From NCBI GenBank assembly GCA_037447605.1, contig CM074809.1:1974689-2038688 (forward strand): DNA of 64,000 nucleotides, read 5' to 3'. Position 1 is the first letter of the stretch. Each line of letters opens with the position of its first letter. A model generated the notes under the pieces. That model saw nothing but the letters and a program-made list of their open reading frames with translations, made no database searches and was not told the origin of the DNA. This DNA is from Zygnema circumcarinatum SAG 698-1b (taxonomy: Eukaryota; Plantae; Zygnematophyceae). Shown here one piece after another: positions 23,670-41,701 of the stretch. Made by a program: the position numbers and the translations under genes.

Positions 23670-26615
23670 TCACAACGACCTAAGTCGCTGCCGTAAAATT
23701 TCAATGGCCCGCTGCTCGCTCTCTTGCACCTTCCATTCATGCTGCATCAGGTCCAATCCGTCCTTTTCCATGGAGAGGACCTGCGTTTGGCCCATCGTAG
23801 ATAAAAACGTCAAAGCAAGCAGTGAGCCATGTCAGAGCATTTTCTCATCTGATCCCCTTGAGGCGTACACAGGGATAGTTCTCTTCACCCCCCAAAGCTG
23901 TATTCTGCATCTTGGACGAGGACTGCCTATCATCAAAGTCCACTCTCTGCCAAAAGGACTGAGTGTATGCACCTTGGAAGGATCTGACCCAAAGCCGCCC
24001 ATCTGCATCGCCATCTGAGACTGCATCAGCTTCTGCGCATCATCCTGGGCTGCATCCACGCACCAAAACGATATAGTTAGCAAGCGAACCAATTCTGTTA
24101 TCGTTTGCAGTGTGTCTTGCGTTGTTTAGCGCCCATTTCTAGGTGTCTGTCTCAGTGTTGTTATTTTGCAATCAAGGAAACACTGGTTCGTAAGTGTCTT
24201 CCGAAAAGAGTTTTTAGGTAGGTGAAGCAGCCATGGACCAACCATTTTCTTCTCCAAGAATGAGACTAAACAGTCCACGAAGTCCGAGGAAGTTCAAGAA
24301 ATACCTGTCACATCGAGCGATAGAAAGGATTAGCCGCAAACTATTGTAAAAAGGACTGAAAAGCTGCACAGTCTACCCAGTTCAGTGAGACTATTAGCCA
24401 AAGACTCTGTTAAAAGTTGAGGTGATAGACTTTGATCCTACGCTAGTTGTAAGGATCAGAATAAAAAGATTCAAAATAACTTTGTAAAGCAATTCCTGAC
24501 AAAGAGGATGACGTTAGGATGCTTCAAATAGGTTGTCGGATTAATACTTTCACTGAAGCAATAAGTTTCTAAACCATTTGAGTTTCCTGCATGATTGAAT
24601 CAACACGCACGAACTCACCATGAGCGGCTGCTGACATAGCTCACATCCACCGAGCTAAGGTCGATACCATTCTGGAGCATTCCTCGAAACCGCTGAGTCA
24701 GAGGAAAGGGTACCTTTGCTGCAAACAAAATGGCATTCAGTCACAAATTTCCGTATGAGAATTGTATGAAGACAAAGTCCTGGAAACGCGTCAACAATGC
24801 AGAAAACACAAGACGATCAGCGTTGAACACAATGAGAAGATGGTCGAAACAATTATTTTCTCCTCTCCTCACTCACTCTTGCTCTCTCTCTTCCTCTTCT
24901 CTACCAACCTTTCAGCTGCAACTGACACTCATAACGTTAGCTGCTGTGGGAGGAGGCACAGACCTGCCACAAATCCAGAAAAGAAGAAATTCACCCAAGC
25001 AAACGTAACGGTCTGTGCAAATCAAACAAACAAACGACCCAGAGTCAAGACAGTAGAAAAAGCCACTCAGTCGCCCGCTGGCAATGAAAGGGTTCATTCC
25101 ACAAAGCGTGAGAGCTACCTCCTATTGGCAAACAGACCTACTAAAAAAGCAATAATTCACACTGCAGATAAACATACCTGAGGCACAATCATCGAGAGAT
25201 TCTTTTTCATCATGTCAACTGCCATATTAGGATCAGTTAGCATTTGCGTTTGCGGTGTTGAAGACTGGCCTTTGGGGACATGCAAAAGCCCATTCTCCTG
25301 CAATCGTTTCCAATCCAAATGATTAGAATGCAATACTCGACTTTTCACATAGACTCTTATTCTAACCCCTGATCCTAACAACTACTAAACCTCGACAGTC
25401 TTTAAGGTCCTCCATACAAGACCAGAAATCTTCGAACCCCTTTTTTTTAACAATAAACATGCGCAAGTCACAAACCAGTCCAGGTCAGCGGCGAGCACGA
25501 CCTCATGCTCACTCCTTTTTTCGAGCGACTACCTCTAGGTACTCCAAGCTTCTTGCATTTTCATTGTGCAATTGCTGGTTTCACGATTTGTATACGAGAA
25601 AGCTTGAAGGTTCACAATTTTTCCATCCAGCCCAATACAGGAGTTCGTCATCGCATGGACTGTACAGACTTGACATAAATTTTTTTGACCGTTCATGCCG
25701 CCTTCAGCACTACCACTTTCAGTAGAAAATCTGTAGACTTATTGACACATTCCCAAAAGACTTTGGCATTGCTGAGGCTGCCTCAAGAACTTCTCAATTA
25801 AATCTTTTCCCAAAATAATACGACGATGGTTTTTATATGCTAAAGAAATCTGCTCGTAAATTTGTGTCGCAAAGGTTGCAGAAAACTAAGACAAGCTTAC
25901 CTCGTTGTTGAAGTACGTGCGGCGAATGCGAAAAGCTCTTGCGGGAAGATAACACCCAGCCATTCGGAGCATGCGCGCTCTCAGCACCACTTGACTACAT
26001 GCTCACCACGTAAGAGTTAGATTAGTTGTACAATGCAGTCTTCTACATAAGCACTCAATAGATTAATGAAGCAACCCACGACATATCTTCAAACGCGAGG
26101 TGCAAAATCATCAGCGAGAAAAATCATAAAAGCGCGAAAAGTAGTAATGGCCATAGCTGGAATCTGCAATATATGAGAACCATTTCCTTCATTGCAGTGA
26201 CAGGATGACAAAGGATAAGGCAAGAATGGCACAAGAAAAGTTTGAATTAACAAATGCTTCCATGGCCAGAAAAGAAAAGAAAAAAGTGGAATGAACTCGA
26301 GTTGTACAGCATTGCTGTGTCTTGCCTCCGCTCTTCAAACCCCTTCGACGAAAAAATTGAACCAGAACTCATTAAATTATGAGAATATGGCAGAAAGAGA
26401 CAGACAGAGAGAGAAATAGAAAGAGAGAGAGAGAGAGAGGGAGAGAGAGAGAGAGAGAGAGAGTACCCTTGCTTGAGAGCTTTGAGATCGACCGGTGGCT
26501 CACTGCGCGTCAGCTTTGTCACAAAGAATCGAAGAATTCCAATCAATACCATGACCACGGTGAGAGGCAGAAGCACCCAGTCCCGGATCTGCGAGTCCAA
26601 CACGAGGTCCGCCAT
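23670..26615 (-). CDS. EMC3: ER membrane protein complex subunit 3, 7 exons
   Basis: All exons join in phase with GT-AG introns: [106 protein letters not shown] and [12 protein letters not shown]...SL*. Confidence 0.95.
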
Positions 26616-27168
26616 GGCTGCCGCCCTCCCACCGCCCTCCCTCGCAGCCTCTCTCCTCAGCTTCCTCCCTCCAGGAAACTCCGATCCAGTGGGCGGAGTC
26701 CATAATAAGCAGATCAACTTGTCTCCGAGATCAACGGTACGACTTCTCAGATTCGTTCTGTGCTAGATCCTGATTCATAAGTTCTCCAACAAGATCAACC
26801 GGACTCGCTGCCACGTGTCATGTTCAGCGAATGCGCTCGCGCGCGCCCATTGAAACCGCGAGTCACTTTTTGGGACGCGAGCGGCGTCCCCGGAGCGCCG
26901 AATGTGTTTACCGACGTCCAAGTGGCTGCCCAGGAATGTTGACCTTCGTCCTGAAGGGGTACCAGGTGGCATTACCTGCTCGTACCACGCACACACTCGG
27001 TACACGTGGCGCATTGCCATTGGAGATCGTCGACTATAAATGCGCGACGAAGAAAAGCCCTCCCGTTCTCGGCTCGCTCGTTACAGGGAGGGAGAGGGGA
27101 AGGAGAGTGGGAAAGGAGGGAAGGGGAAAGAGAGAGAGAGGGAAGGGGGTGAGGAGGGAGCTGCCAAT
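26616..27168. promoter_or_regulatory. Compact bidirectional promoter region between EMC3 and the MFS gene
   Basis: The two ATGs are about 550 bp apart, head to head. G-boxes at 26812 and 27003, and CCAAT-N9-CCACG on the minus strand at 27005-27023. Confidence 0.6.
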
Positions 27169-30100
27169 ATGAGGGCGGAAATGCAGGGCATACGGAAATA
27201 TGTGAGGCATGGAGAAGAAGAGAAGGTCGATGGCATGAGCAGCATGAAGAGCGTGATGCCTGACAGGGGCATCATGCTCGTGCTTGTCTTCATGGACCTC
27301 TTTGGAGTCGGTCTCGCCATGCCTCTGGTCACTCCTCTTATTAAATCGCTCGGTAATTTTATACAAACTCGTTTGATGACGTTGCGGAGAATGCATTCAT
27401 CTGGTGGACGTTGCAGGGGCCTGACTGTTTGGAAGATCTGTCCAAGAAGTTAAATTCTTTGAGAAGCAAGAAGTTCCTACTTTTTTTTTAGTGAGGGGAT
27501 GGTTTTTTGACGAGAGAGTTCTTGGATCTATGCCGCCGGGACGTTTTAATTCGGTACCTTGAGTTGGAGAATTGCGCTTATTCACTTTACGTGCTGTGCG
27601 GAAGAATTGGAAAATGGCTTATAGGCGTCTCCGGTTTGGTTCTGCCTATCATGAAACAAAGAAGGCTTAGATGGAAGAAGATTCGGAAGGACATCGTTTC
27701 ATTTTCAGTCAGTGCTGGGCGATACAGAATTTTGTGCATGCACTGTCGCCTGCTCGTCTTAAACAGCCTTTGGGCATTCCGTACTGACCAGACGACGACT
27801 TTATGCTCGTAATGCCTTGTGTCGTGCAAACACTCAGCTGTGATCGCTGCTTTTGAATGAGCTATGACGGATACTTTTATCTTCCAAAAAATGGCGGAGG
27901 CGCAGGTGCATCACCCATGCAAATCGGCCTCCTGTCATCGTTTTATGGAGCCGTGCAACTCATCAGTGGCCCGTTCATGGTGAGGCATTTAAGCAGATGG
28001 TCGCGAGCAAGTGGCTAAGTAGAACTAGAATTCACCAGCTGTCAGTGTTACTAGTTTGTTTAAATAGTAATGTAAAGTAACGGATGAGAGCAATTCTCGA
28101 GTGTTATCATCTTAAATTATTCCTGTTCTAGTGAAGGTCTTCGGCGCAAACAATCTATTGCATCAAAAAATTGCTTGTAAATATGAAAAGAGGTTTATGC
28201 TGGCTTGTTCTTAATTTATTTTTAATACTGTTTTACGAAAAAATGCTGAAGGACGTAAGGTTGCATTAACGATAACGACTTGCACGTGTTGACTTTTGTT
28301 CGGAAAAGTCAACTTCGTATCATTATTCCTTTGTACTATTGTGCGGTGTTCTTCTCTCCATTCGATCTAGTCAGGCATGCTTTTGGGATAACCTCTCACT
28401 CCTGATCGTCTTAAAAATGGACATAACATAACCTCATTCCAGGCTTGTTTCTTATTAGACTCCTTGTGCTAAAATTAACTTTACTGGGAGAGTTTCTTAA
28501 ATGAGCCCCACTTGCATGCAGGGGCTGTTGAGTGATAGATTCGGGCGAAAGATAGTAATGTTGCTTTCATACATGGGTGCCATGGTGGGATATCTCCTGC
28601 TCGGCTTCAGCTCGTCTCTGCAGGTACACAGTAACCTGATAATCCACTATTCCTGATAATCCTTGAACCACTTTGCGACTGCATGTTTGCATGAGTCCCC
28701 GCCTGCACCGCGAACCTCTTGTAAAATTGTTCTGGGTGTACTGGGGCCTCGTTGAAAGGCTTTCGTAGGTTGAAGCGGATTTGTCTCTTTAGCATCAGTT
28801 GTGAATGTGAGCACAGTCATCGCGAAGAAAAAAAAAATTTGAAATGCATATGCTACTTTTGGATGAAATGCAGATGGTGGTCGTGTCCCGGATCATCACT
28901 GGACTCCTGAAGCACTCACAAAATGCCACTAAAGCATATGTGGCTGACCACACCACTCCTGGAAATCGGGCTGTAGAGCTTGGCCGGTTAGCTTCACCTT
29001 CCCGGGAAATGGTTCAGGATTGAGGGAAAGGGACCGAGAAGATTGGAATTCAGAGTCAGTTTGAGATCGGATTTGATCTTTTGACTTGCAATGTCTACAA
29101 GTAGAGGTGGTTGTTTTGGAAAGTTCACGGTTCTTATCTGCCAATGGGGGCAGAATGGCAACAGCGTCGGGACTGGGCATCATGGTGGGGCCCACCGTAG
29201 GAGGATTTCTATTCAAGGTATGAGTCATTTTGGAAACATATGCTCGTTTGGGCAAAGTGCGTGGCCAGGGGAAGGGCACTAGGTAGTCCTTTGAATATTG
29301 GGATTAAATTCATAATGACTCTGACTTGACATGTACTGAAGTCATAGTCTATCTTACGAAATAGCAGATTTGAACCAATCCTAACCAAGCTTGTTCGTAC
29401 ATCATGCGTGAATTTAAGTGTTGTGATTTTGCCTTGCTTGGTGGCCATTTGGCAGGTCGGAGGGTATGCACTTCCGGGTTCCCTAGCCGCGTCGCTCTAC
29501 CTCATTAACATCGCCATTGTTGCCGGGCTTTTGCCACCTGACAAAGTTCTTCACCCGAACAGGATGCCCGAGGAAGGAAAGGGATTTCTGATGCCGTGGC
29601 ATGGTCACCTCCCTCGGGTCAGTTAGCTTTGCTGCTTTGCAGCTCTTGCTCACCTCTTTAGGATTGTCTCGTACTGAATCGTGGTCGTCAGTTGAAATCT
29701 ACTACCAAAGACTTTCAAAATCGGAGACTGAAACTTTCTCTTTGTAGGTTACTGGTGCTGGTGAAGGAGGCCTGTGGTCTTTGCTCCTTTTTGCTTCTCC
29801 TCACCTGCTCCCACATGCATGGGAAGGGGGACTCCAGGTCTCCATGCTGGCGAGACCGCAAATAGCTGCTCTGTTTTCGGTTCGTCTCTTTCTCGGGCTC
29901 GCTGTTCAGACCTTCCGACAGGGATTTGCCCTCCTGGTGTTCTATCGTTTCAACTTTTCCGTGCGAGACAACGGTCTGCTCATCTCCTATCAGGTCTGGG
30001 CAATACGCAGCTGCACTTCAAGTCTTGCGTAAAGCATGGAAGTCAATATATTTCTGGCGATGACAAAAGGAGAGCTATGCAGATTCATGTTCGACAAGGA

Positions 30101-32178
30101 AGTGCCTGATGTGAGTAGGTGTCTGGTCTCTAATGGACCTGCAGGGGGTTTGAAATGCAGGGTGCTCTGTCATCTCTAGTGCAGGGTTTTGCAATAAAGC
30201 CTCTTGTAAATTATTTTGATGAGGGTACCCTCCTTTTCCGAGGCATGCTCCTCCTTGGTGGCTCTTTCATTGCCTGTTCGTGGAGTCCTACTATTGTGAG
30301 TTACTTCATTGATTCCCATACCCCTGCAGAGTTAATCTTTCAGTCGTTACTTTTCATGTCACGGGAACCAGTTATCAGCATCCATTCTTTCCAACATACC
30401 TTAGTTCTGCATGGATTCTTTCTGCGTCTGCACGTATGCACCGGTTACGTCCTGCTTTACTTCATGGCCTTCAATTTAGGCACCAGCAAGAAGCGCATCT
30501 TGAGCAGCTCTCTTACTTCTGGTGGCTTTCGGCGGCGGTGGGAGCAGCCCATCCTGGTGGTCATGTTGACGCCGAACGCCTTCTCTTCCGGAGTACTGCG
30601 CACAACATTCACTGCGTTGCTCACATCTGTCGTACCATCCTCCGAGGTGCTATACGCGCGCTCTCCCACAGCAGAGCAATGCAGCGCCTTTATGTCACTT
30701 GCAAGCGGATTCTGTTACTCACGTTACTCCCTCTTCTACTGTGACTATATCTTTGGCTTGTTGCAGTTTCCTGTTTTTTTAAACATCCGTGTTGACAAAA
30801 GGACCTCACCTTCTACGGAGGCTCTCTTGAACTGACGAAGCATTCTCAAGCATTTGTTGGTATGTGTGCTGTGAAATGTCTCACCTGCATGCATGCGTGC
30901 CTGCATGCATGCAGGTGGGTCAAATTTTGGGCTTATCGGATGCGGCCATGTCCGCCTGCCGCGTGATGGGCCCCGCCCTGGCAGGGGCGCTGGCGAGCTG
31001 GTGGGGGCCGGGCATTCCGGGAACTGTCAGGTGCACATTACATAACTTCCTTCCCTTTTTCTTTGATTTCGATTCGATTATTTTATTTCTGATCGCTCTG
31101 CGGTTTCTATAGGAACAAATCTCAAGGAGAAAGAGATTACACTTGCCTGCCAGGGTACGGCTTGACAAAAGGAAAAAGGAAAGGGAAGGCTGTCTGAATA
31201 TCTTGGACTTTGCGACCGAAGATTTGAAAAACGTTCTCTGCATGTGCAGTAAACGCTTAAGTAATTTTGTTGGATGTTTATACTTGTGAGACTAAGGGAC
31301 TTAAGCGCCACTATGGGAATTTATATCCCTTTTATATGGGCAGGCCAAGTGATCCTCCGTACTACATCCTCGCATATATTTGGCATCTTCTGTGACTTCA
31401 ACCCTTGTAGGGTAACTTGAGCGTTAAGCATCCATCTCAAATGCAACAGTCGAAAGGGACAGAAGTTGAGCAGCTTTTATTTTGTCGGTCTTATAGAAAT
31501 TGGCTTTGGAGGTTGAGGAGGGGGGGGGAATGCTGCTGTGGTCGATCTGCATTACTGTAGCCTTTTCATTCCACAGTTAACATGCTCTTGCAGAGGGTAG
31601 TCCCCTGCAACAATGCTGCAGCCTTCACTTCGTTGGGGTACGGTTGAAAATGCAGCTACTTTCGGGGTGCCAAAAGTGCATTAGGATGATGATGTGTGGT
31701 CGATGCCTGCTCCTCAGTTACAACTGCCCATTTTTTAATGTCCCGGTATTCCTCATTTGCTAATATGTTTCTATTCGTTGGTTTCTTCAGTGGGTTTCTT
31801 GCATTTGCTGCCGCAATGCTATTATATGCAACCGGGTGCGTGTCAAGCCATCGAGCGCATCCGCTGCCGACCAACCGATCTGATGCCAATGTCGGAACCG
31901 AGGACGAACGGCCTCTTCTGGGAGAGCTGCACGATGACGTCACTGGAGCATCACCTTCCAACAAGAAGCAAAGTTTCGAAGTGGTGGTCCAGCCGGATGC
32001 CCCCGTGAGCCGGCAAACGGGGGGGGGTGGGCGCTTAGAGAATGGGGCCAATGGGTTTTCTATGCAGTATAGGCGAAACTCCTCCCGGAAAAAGCTGCAG
32101 CAGGGGTTCGATAGTGACGGAATGGAAAGCACCAGGATGAACCTTTTGAGCTCTAGGTCCCTGCAAGGGCAAGCTTAG
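27169..32178 (+). CDS. Major facilitator superfamily transporter (TetA/DHA1-like), multi-exon
   Basis: LVFMDLFGVGLAMPLV, motif A GLLSDRFGRKIV, SRIITG, AYVADTT, GIMVGPTVGG, GQILGLSDAAMSACRVMGPALAG. The last exon (V|SGFLAFAAAMLLYA...QGQA*) joins in phase at about 31790. Confidence 0.9.
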
Positions 32179-33059
32179 CGCTTTGGGCTGGAGCAGGGCT
32201 TGCTGTAGGATGTTTTCAGCCACATTTTTCTATTATTTTACGAAGGTAATGCCGGTTTTGGAAACATAGCTTTAGACAGTTTAGCTCCGAAGGTTGTAGC
32301 ATTGTCATCTTTGTAATCCTGCGCGATTTAACAAAACAATGTATCTACGACTTGTTGGATGGCTTTGAGAGGTGTTGCTTTAGTACCTTGTTATGCCATT
32401 TAGGGGAAAATGATGTATCAGAGCTGTGGCCCTTTGTCGCTATCTCGCAACAGCCGCAGTTATGCAAGCTTACAGTTTATGGTCAGCAAACTTTTGGTTA
32501 CATTAACAAATGAGTTGAAGAAATGAGTTGAAGGTTATATTGTCTAAATATAATATTATACCAGTCATGACTATAAAAGAACACAAAATTTCCTATTTTT
32601 TTTTTTAAACCATCTGGGTGTCTTCAATGTAAAGCTAACAGAGTTACCTTAGATCTTCAAAATCTCGAAAGTGCGCGCTGTGTTAAAGTTTGGTGCCGCC
32701 ACTGCAGGCGAGAAGGTGCAAACCGCGAACCGCTTTAGCTTGCGTACGTAAAGGAGTGAATCCGGGAATAGAATACGGTAATTTACAAGCAAATACCATA
32801 GGTGAACCGGTGGGTGCCTTTACCACCAGAGAGCTACGGCAATGCTAGTCTTCAGGGTTTTGAGTTTCAGGGTTGTGAGTGCAAGAAACAGAACAGAACG
32901 CTCCCACTTGACCAGGTCCCTGACCGATCGCTGGCAACGACCGGCAATCACTGATTGTAAGGGCGCAACCATTGGCACTGGCTGGGTTGGCCGTTCCAAT
33001 GGTTGGATCCAGTTGTCCACCCTGGGAAGATGAACAAGCGTTGCTTTCGCGATGGCGCC

Positions 33060-33656
33060 GCCATGCCATGCCATGCGGCCCATGCCATGCCATGCGGCCC
33101 ATGCCATGCCATGCGGCCCATGCCATGCCATGCGGCCCATGCCATGCCATGCGGCCCATGCCATGCCATGCGGCCCATGCCATGCCATGCGGCCCATGCC
33201 ATGCCATGCGGCCCATGCCATGCCATGCGGCCCACGCCAGGCGATGTCGTTCCATGCGGCCCATGCCATGCCATGCCATGCGCCATGCGGCCCACGCCAG
33301 GCGATGTCGTTCCATGCGGCCCATGCCATGCGGCCCATGCCATGCCATGCGGCCCATGCCATGCCATGCGGCCCATGCCATGCCATGCGGCCCATGCCAT
33401 GCCATGCCATGCGCCATGCGGCCCACGCCAGGCGATGTCGTTCCATGCGGCCCATGCCATGCCATGCCATGCGCCATGCGGCCCACGCCAGGCGATGTCG
33501 TTCCATGCGGCCCATGCCATGCCATGCCATGCGCCATGCGGCCCACGCCAGGCGATGTCGTTCCATGCGGCGCATGCCATGCGGCCCATGCCATGCCATG
33601 CCATGCGCCATGCGGCCCACGCCAGGCGATGTCGTTCCATGAGGCCCATGCCATGC
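33060..33656. repeat. Hierarchical GCCAT/GCGGCCCAT satellite with 14-, 19- and 29-bp units and a 60-bp higher-order repeat
   Basis: GCGGCCCATGCCATGCCAT units are interspersed with six copies of GCGGCCCACGCCAGGCGATGTCGTTCCAT at 33227, 33287, 33418, 33478, 33538 and 33612. Confidence 0.95.
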
Positions 33657-33718
33657 GCGCCCGCCACAATGAAAATCAATTTTTGCTTTTTTCTCGGCCC
33701 CCTCAAAATTTTGTATAT

Positions 33719-34532
33719 GGGAGAAAGAAATATCTGCCTGCCCGAATCCGCTCGGAGCGGAAGGTCCGTCCGCCACGAGATCGTTCGCGGGTGTCCGTCC
33801 TTCACACCTGCGGTAAATATCCGCCTGCCGATCGCACCACAAAAACCGTTCCGGGCACGGTCCCAGCGAATGGCACACGCCCACGTGTTCCGCCAAAGCC
33901 GCCTCCAGATGACGTCCGTAAAAATGTCGTAAGGTAACAGTTTCGAGGAAAGGAAAAACACCGTACATTGTGACCTAGACCAATAAGAATGTGCCACGAC
34001 ATACGAATAGCACGTGATATATGGTGATTGGCTGCCAATCGCCAATGGCGAGCCGCCGCATGCTGGCCGGTCCAGCTCAAAATTTTGCGGAGATCTCGGG
34101 CCGAGGGACGCGCGCACTCGCACGAGGCGCGCGGCGATAGAGCTTGTCTAGAATCGATGTGTAGCGGTGCCACGTGGCGTGTGGTGATAGGCCGCACGGT
34201 CAGGAATTTAGCTTAGTACTGATTATTGGAGGTGCAAAGCCTCGAGGAAGGCTGGCACGTGGAGGGAGGGCGTTTCCGCTGGCCGCCAACCTCCATGTCG
34301 CTGGCGATGCTCCACGTCTCCCGGAGCTCGCCCCGCACCGCGCTGGAGCTCACTGGGGACTGTCTGTACCGGAAACGCCCTCCCTTCAAGCGCCGGCCTT
34401 CCGCGAAACTTCGCGCCTCCAATAAAGTACAAAAACTGGCCGCGCAGTCTATCGCTGCGCGACGTGGTGCAACTTCACAGATTCTAGATTTAGTCGCGTG
34501 TCGGTGCGGCCTATCGCCGCCCGCCACGTAGC
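33719..34532. mobile_element. Non-coding composite dispersed repeat, copy 1 (blocks shared with 42.1-42.5 kb) plus a long imperfect inverted repeat; probable non-autonomous transposon relic
   Basis: 33719-33902 matches 42291-42490 in reverse orientation. 33942-34121 matches 42107-42281 in the same orientation. Inverted arms lie at 34169-34278 and 34370-34532. Confidence 0.55.
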
Positions 34533-34992
34533 GACTCCCCATGTTCCCACTACCCGACGGAACTTATCGGTCTGTGCAGACCGTGACCGAATCTCCTAAG
34601 GACCGCCGACAACTGCTAAGGACCGTACATTGTACTATTCCAGGCTATACCCCTATTACATAGGGGTATAGCCTGGTAGCCTTGGTATATCCTGTTACCC
34701 CCATTGTACACTAAATGTATGGGCAGCAGCAGGAAGTTGGGGCAGTAAGTCCGAGCAGTATTGGACGCTTGAGAGCTGCACTTACTGCTTGTTACTTTCC
34801 CATTCCTTCCCATTTCTCCTTACTTCCATTCTTTCGGTGTTTTGTGCTTTGAATCATTTGCTTTGCAGTGTGTGCACATGAGGGGTGTTTTGTTTCAGAC
34901 CTGCAAGCATGGCAGAGAGTGAAGGTAGTGGGAAGGACCAGGCTCAATTTAACAGAGACAACGAGTGAGTGAGAGAGAGAGAGAGGGGGGGG

Positions 34993-35336
34993 CAGAGAGT
35001 CTGTAGACACGTTCTTAATCTGCAAACCAAAAATAAAAAGATGGTTCCCATGTTTAACATTCACTTTCAAAATTTGCGTATAAATTTTAAACCAGCATGA
35101 GCAGATAACCTCCACCGCCCCCACTTCCCCCTTAAGCATAACAAGATTGACATTTCCAACGTTCGGATGACCCCCACCTTCTTCTTCACAACCGTTTTCC
35201 GAGACTTCATGGCCTCCTTAGCAAGCTCCTGCCCGGGCTCTCTCTGTCTCCGTACAGTGAGGTCCAGCATGGGCCCTCCCTTCACCAGCTCAATTTTGAA
35301 TATCTTTGTTCCTGCCTTCTTCAGGCGGACCCACAC
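34993..35336 (-). pseudogene. RPF2: Two-exon fragment of ribosome production factor 2 (Brix domain C-terminus)
   Basis: RLKKAGTKIFKIELVKGGPMLDLTVRRQREPGQELAKEAMK..KKK|IKNVSTDSL matches the RPF2 C-terminal pattern. A GT-AG intron (35020-35177) is retained. No N-terminal exons are visible, and the match ends in a CT-rich run. Confidence 0.7.
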
Positions 35337-36240
35337 CTGCAAGTATGCGGACCTTCAGAGAGGCACGCAGCGAGGGCGGCCGCCATGGCGCCATGGCCGG
35401 GCGGCGGGCGGGGCATGGAGGGCATGGTCGCAGAGGACATGGAGTCGTGCAGCAGGCACTGAGTAGGAGCAGCCGCACGTAGAGCGTAGGATAAATAGGA
35501 TTAGGGTTTGGAGAAACAAACGCCCTTTCTCTGTTCCCTTTAATGGATCAGTCCATTGTGTGGGGGCTGAGTGAGGAGAGTTGTCCAGGCTTGTATGATG
35601 GCCTGTAGGGGGATAGAGGGTTTGTAAAGGCTGGTAGTGAGAGTTATGGGCTTAACTATTGAGATGTACTTTATTGATTATCCTCAATGGAGTTTTAGGC
35701 CCTTGGGACGTTCTCCACATATTCCGCATTTTGGATGTGTATGTTCTCATTGTGCTTGTATGTCTTTGCATATTTTTTTTGAAGTCAGTCTGAATGCAAT
35801 CTGCCCAGAGTCATACTCTGAGAGATGAGGCATCAGCATATAGAGAAGAGCGCATTAACAGCGGATAAGAGCCTAAACACTGGCAGTGGTATAAGAGCTG
35901 ATATATATTTACTTGTTGTTTTACAACGTTTCGGTCATTACACGTGAAGCAATGCGCAGGTGTGGGGGGTGGCATTTCCATAATAAAGACTTCTGCCGCT
36001 GATGATTCTCCTCTCTTCGCTTTCCCCTTACTAACTTTTTCCCTCTATTCAGCCCCCTATATCAAACTTTCTCCTTGTTTCAAAACAAAAAAATACTTTG
36101 GAAAAATAAAATCTTGAACGTTGACAACCCAGTAGCCTCTCCTTACCTTCAATCTCCGTATCCAAATTTTTACGGTGGTTTCACCAGACCCTTGCAACTG
36201 TAAAGCAAATGAATGGACCGACTCTCTGAGGGATGTCTTG

Positions 36241-36310
36241 CAAGTCCATGCAAGTCCATGCAAGTCCATGCAAGTCCATGCAAGTCCTTGCAAGCAAACC
36301 CATGCAAGTC
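36241..36310. repeat. 10-bp tandem repeat (CAAGTCCATG)n just downstream of the esterase stop codon
   Basis: Four perfect copies plus degenerate copies. The esterase TAG is at 36315-36317 on the minus strand. Confidence 0.9.
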
Positions 36311-36314
36311 ACGC

Positions 36315-41701
<5,387 letters not shown>

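Noticed and set aside
31696-32178. Standalone 160-aa membrane protein ORF
   Set aside because: It splices in phase to the MFS gene as its last transmembrane helix and tail.
32820-34123. Long Cys/His/Met- or Trp-rich ORFs (CHAAHAM, AWHGMG repeats) resembling metal-binding repeat proteins; similar ORFs at 42560-43396
   Set aside because: They are open in several frames on both strands because the satellite lacks stop codons. The 14-, 19- and 29-bp units are not multiples of three.
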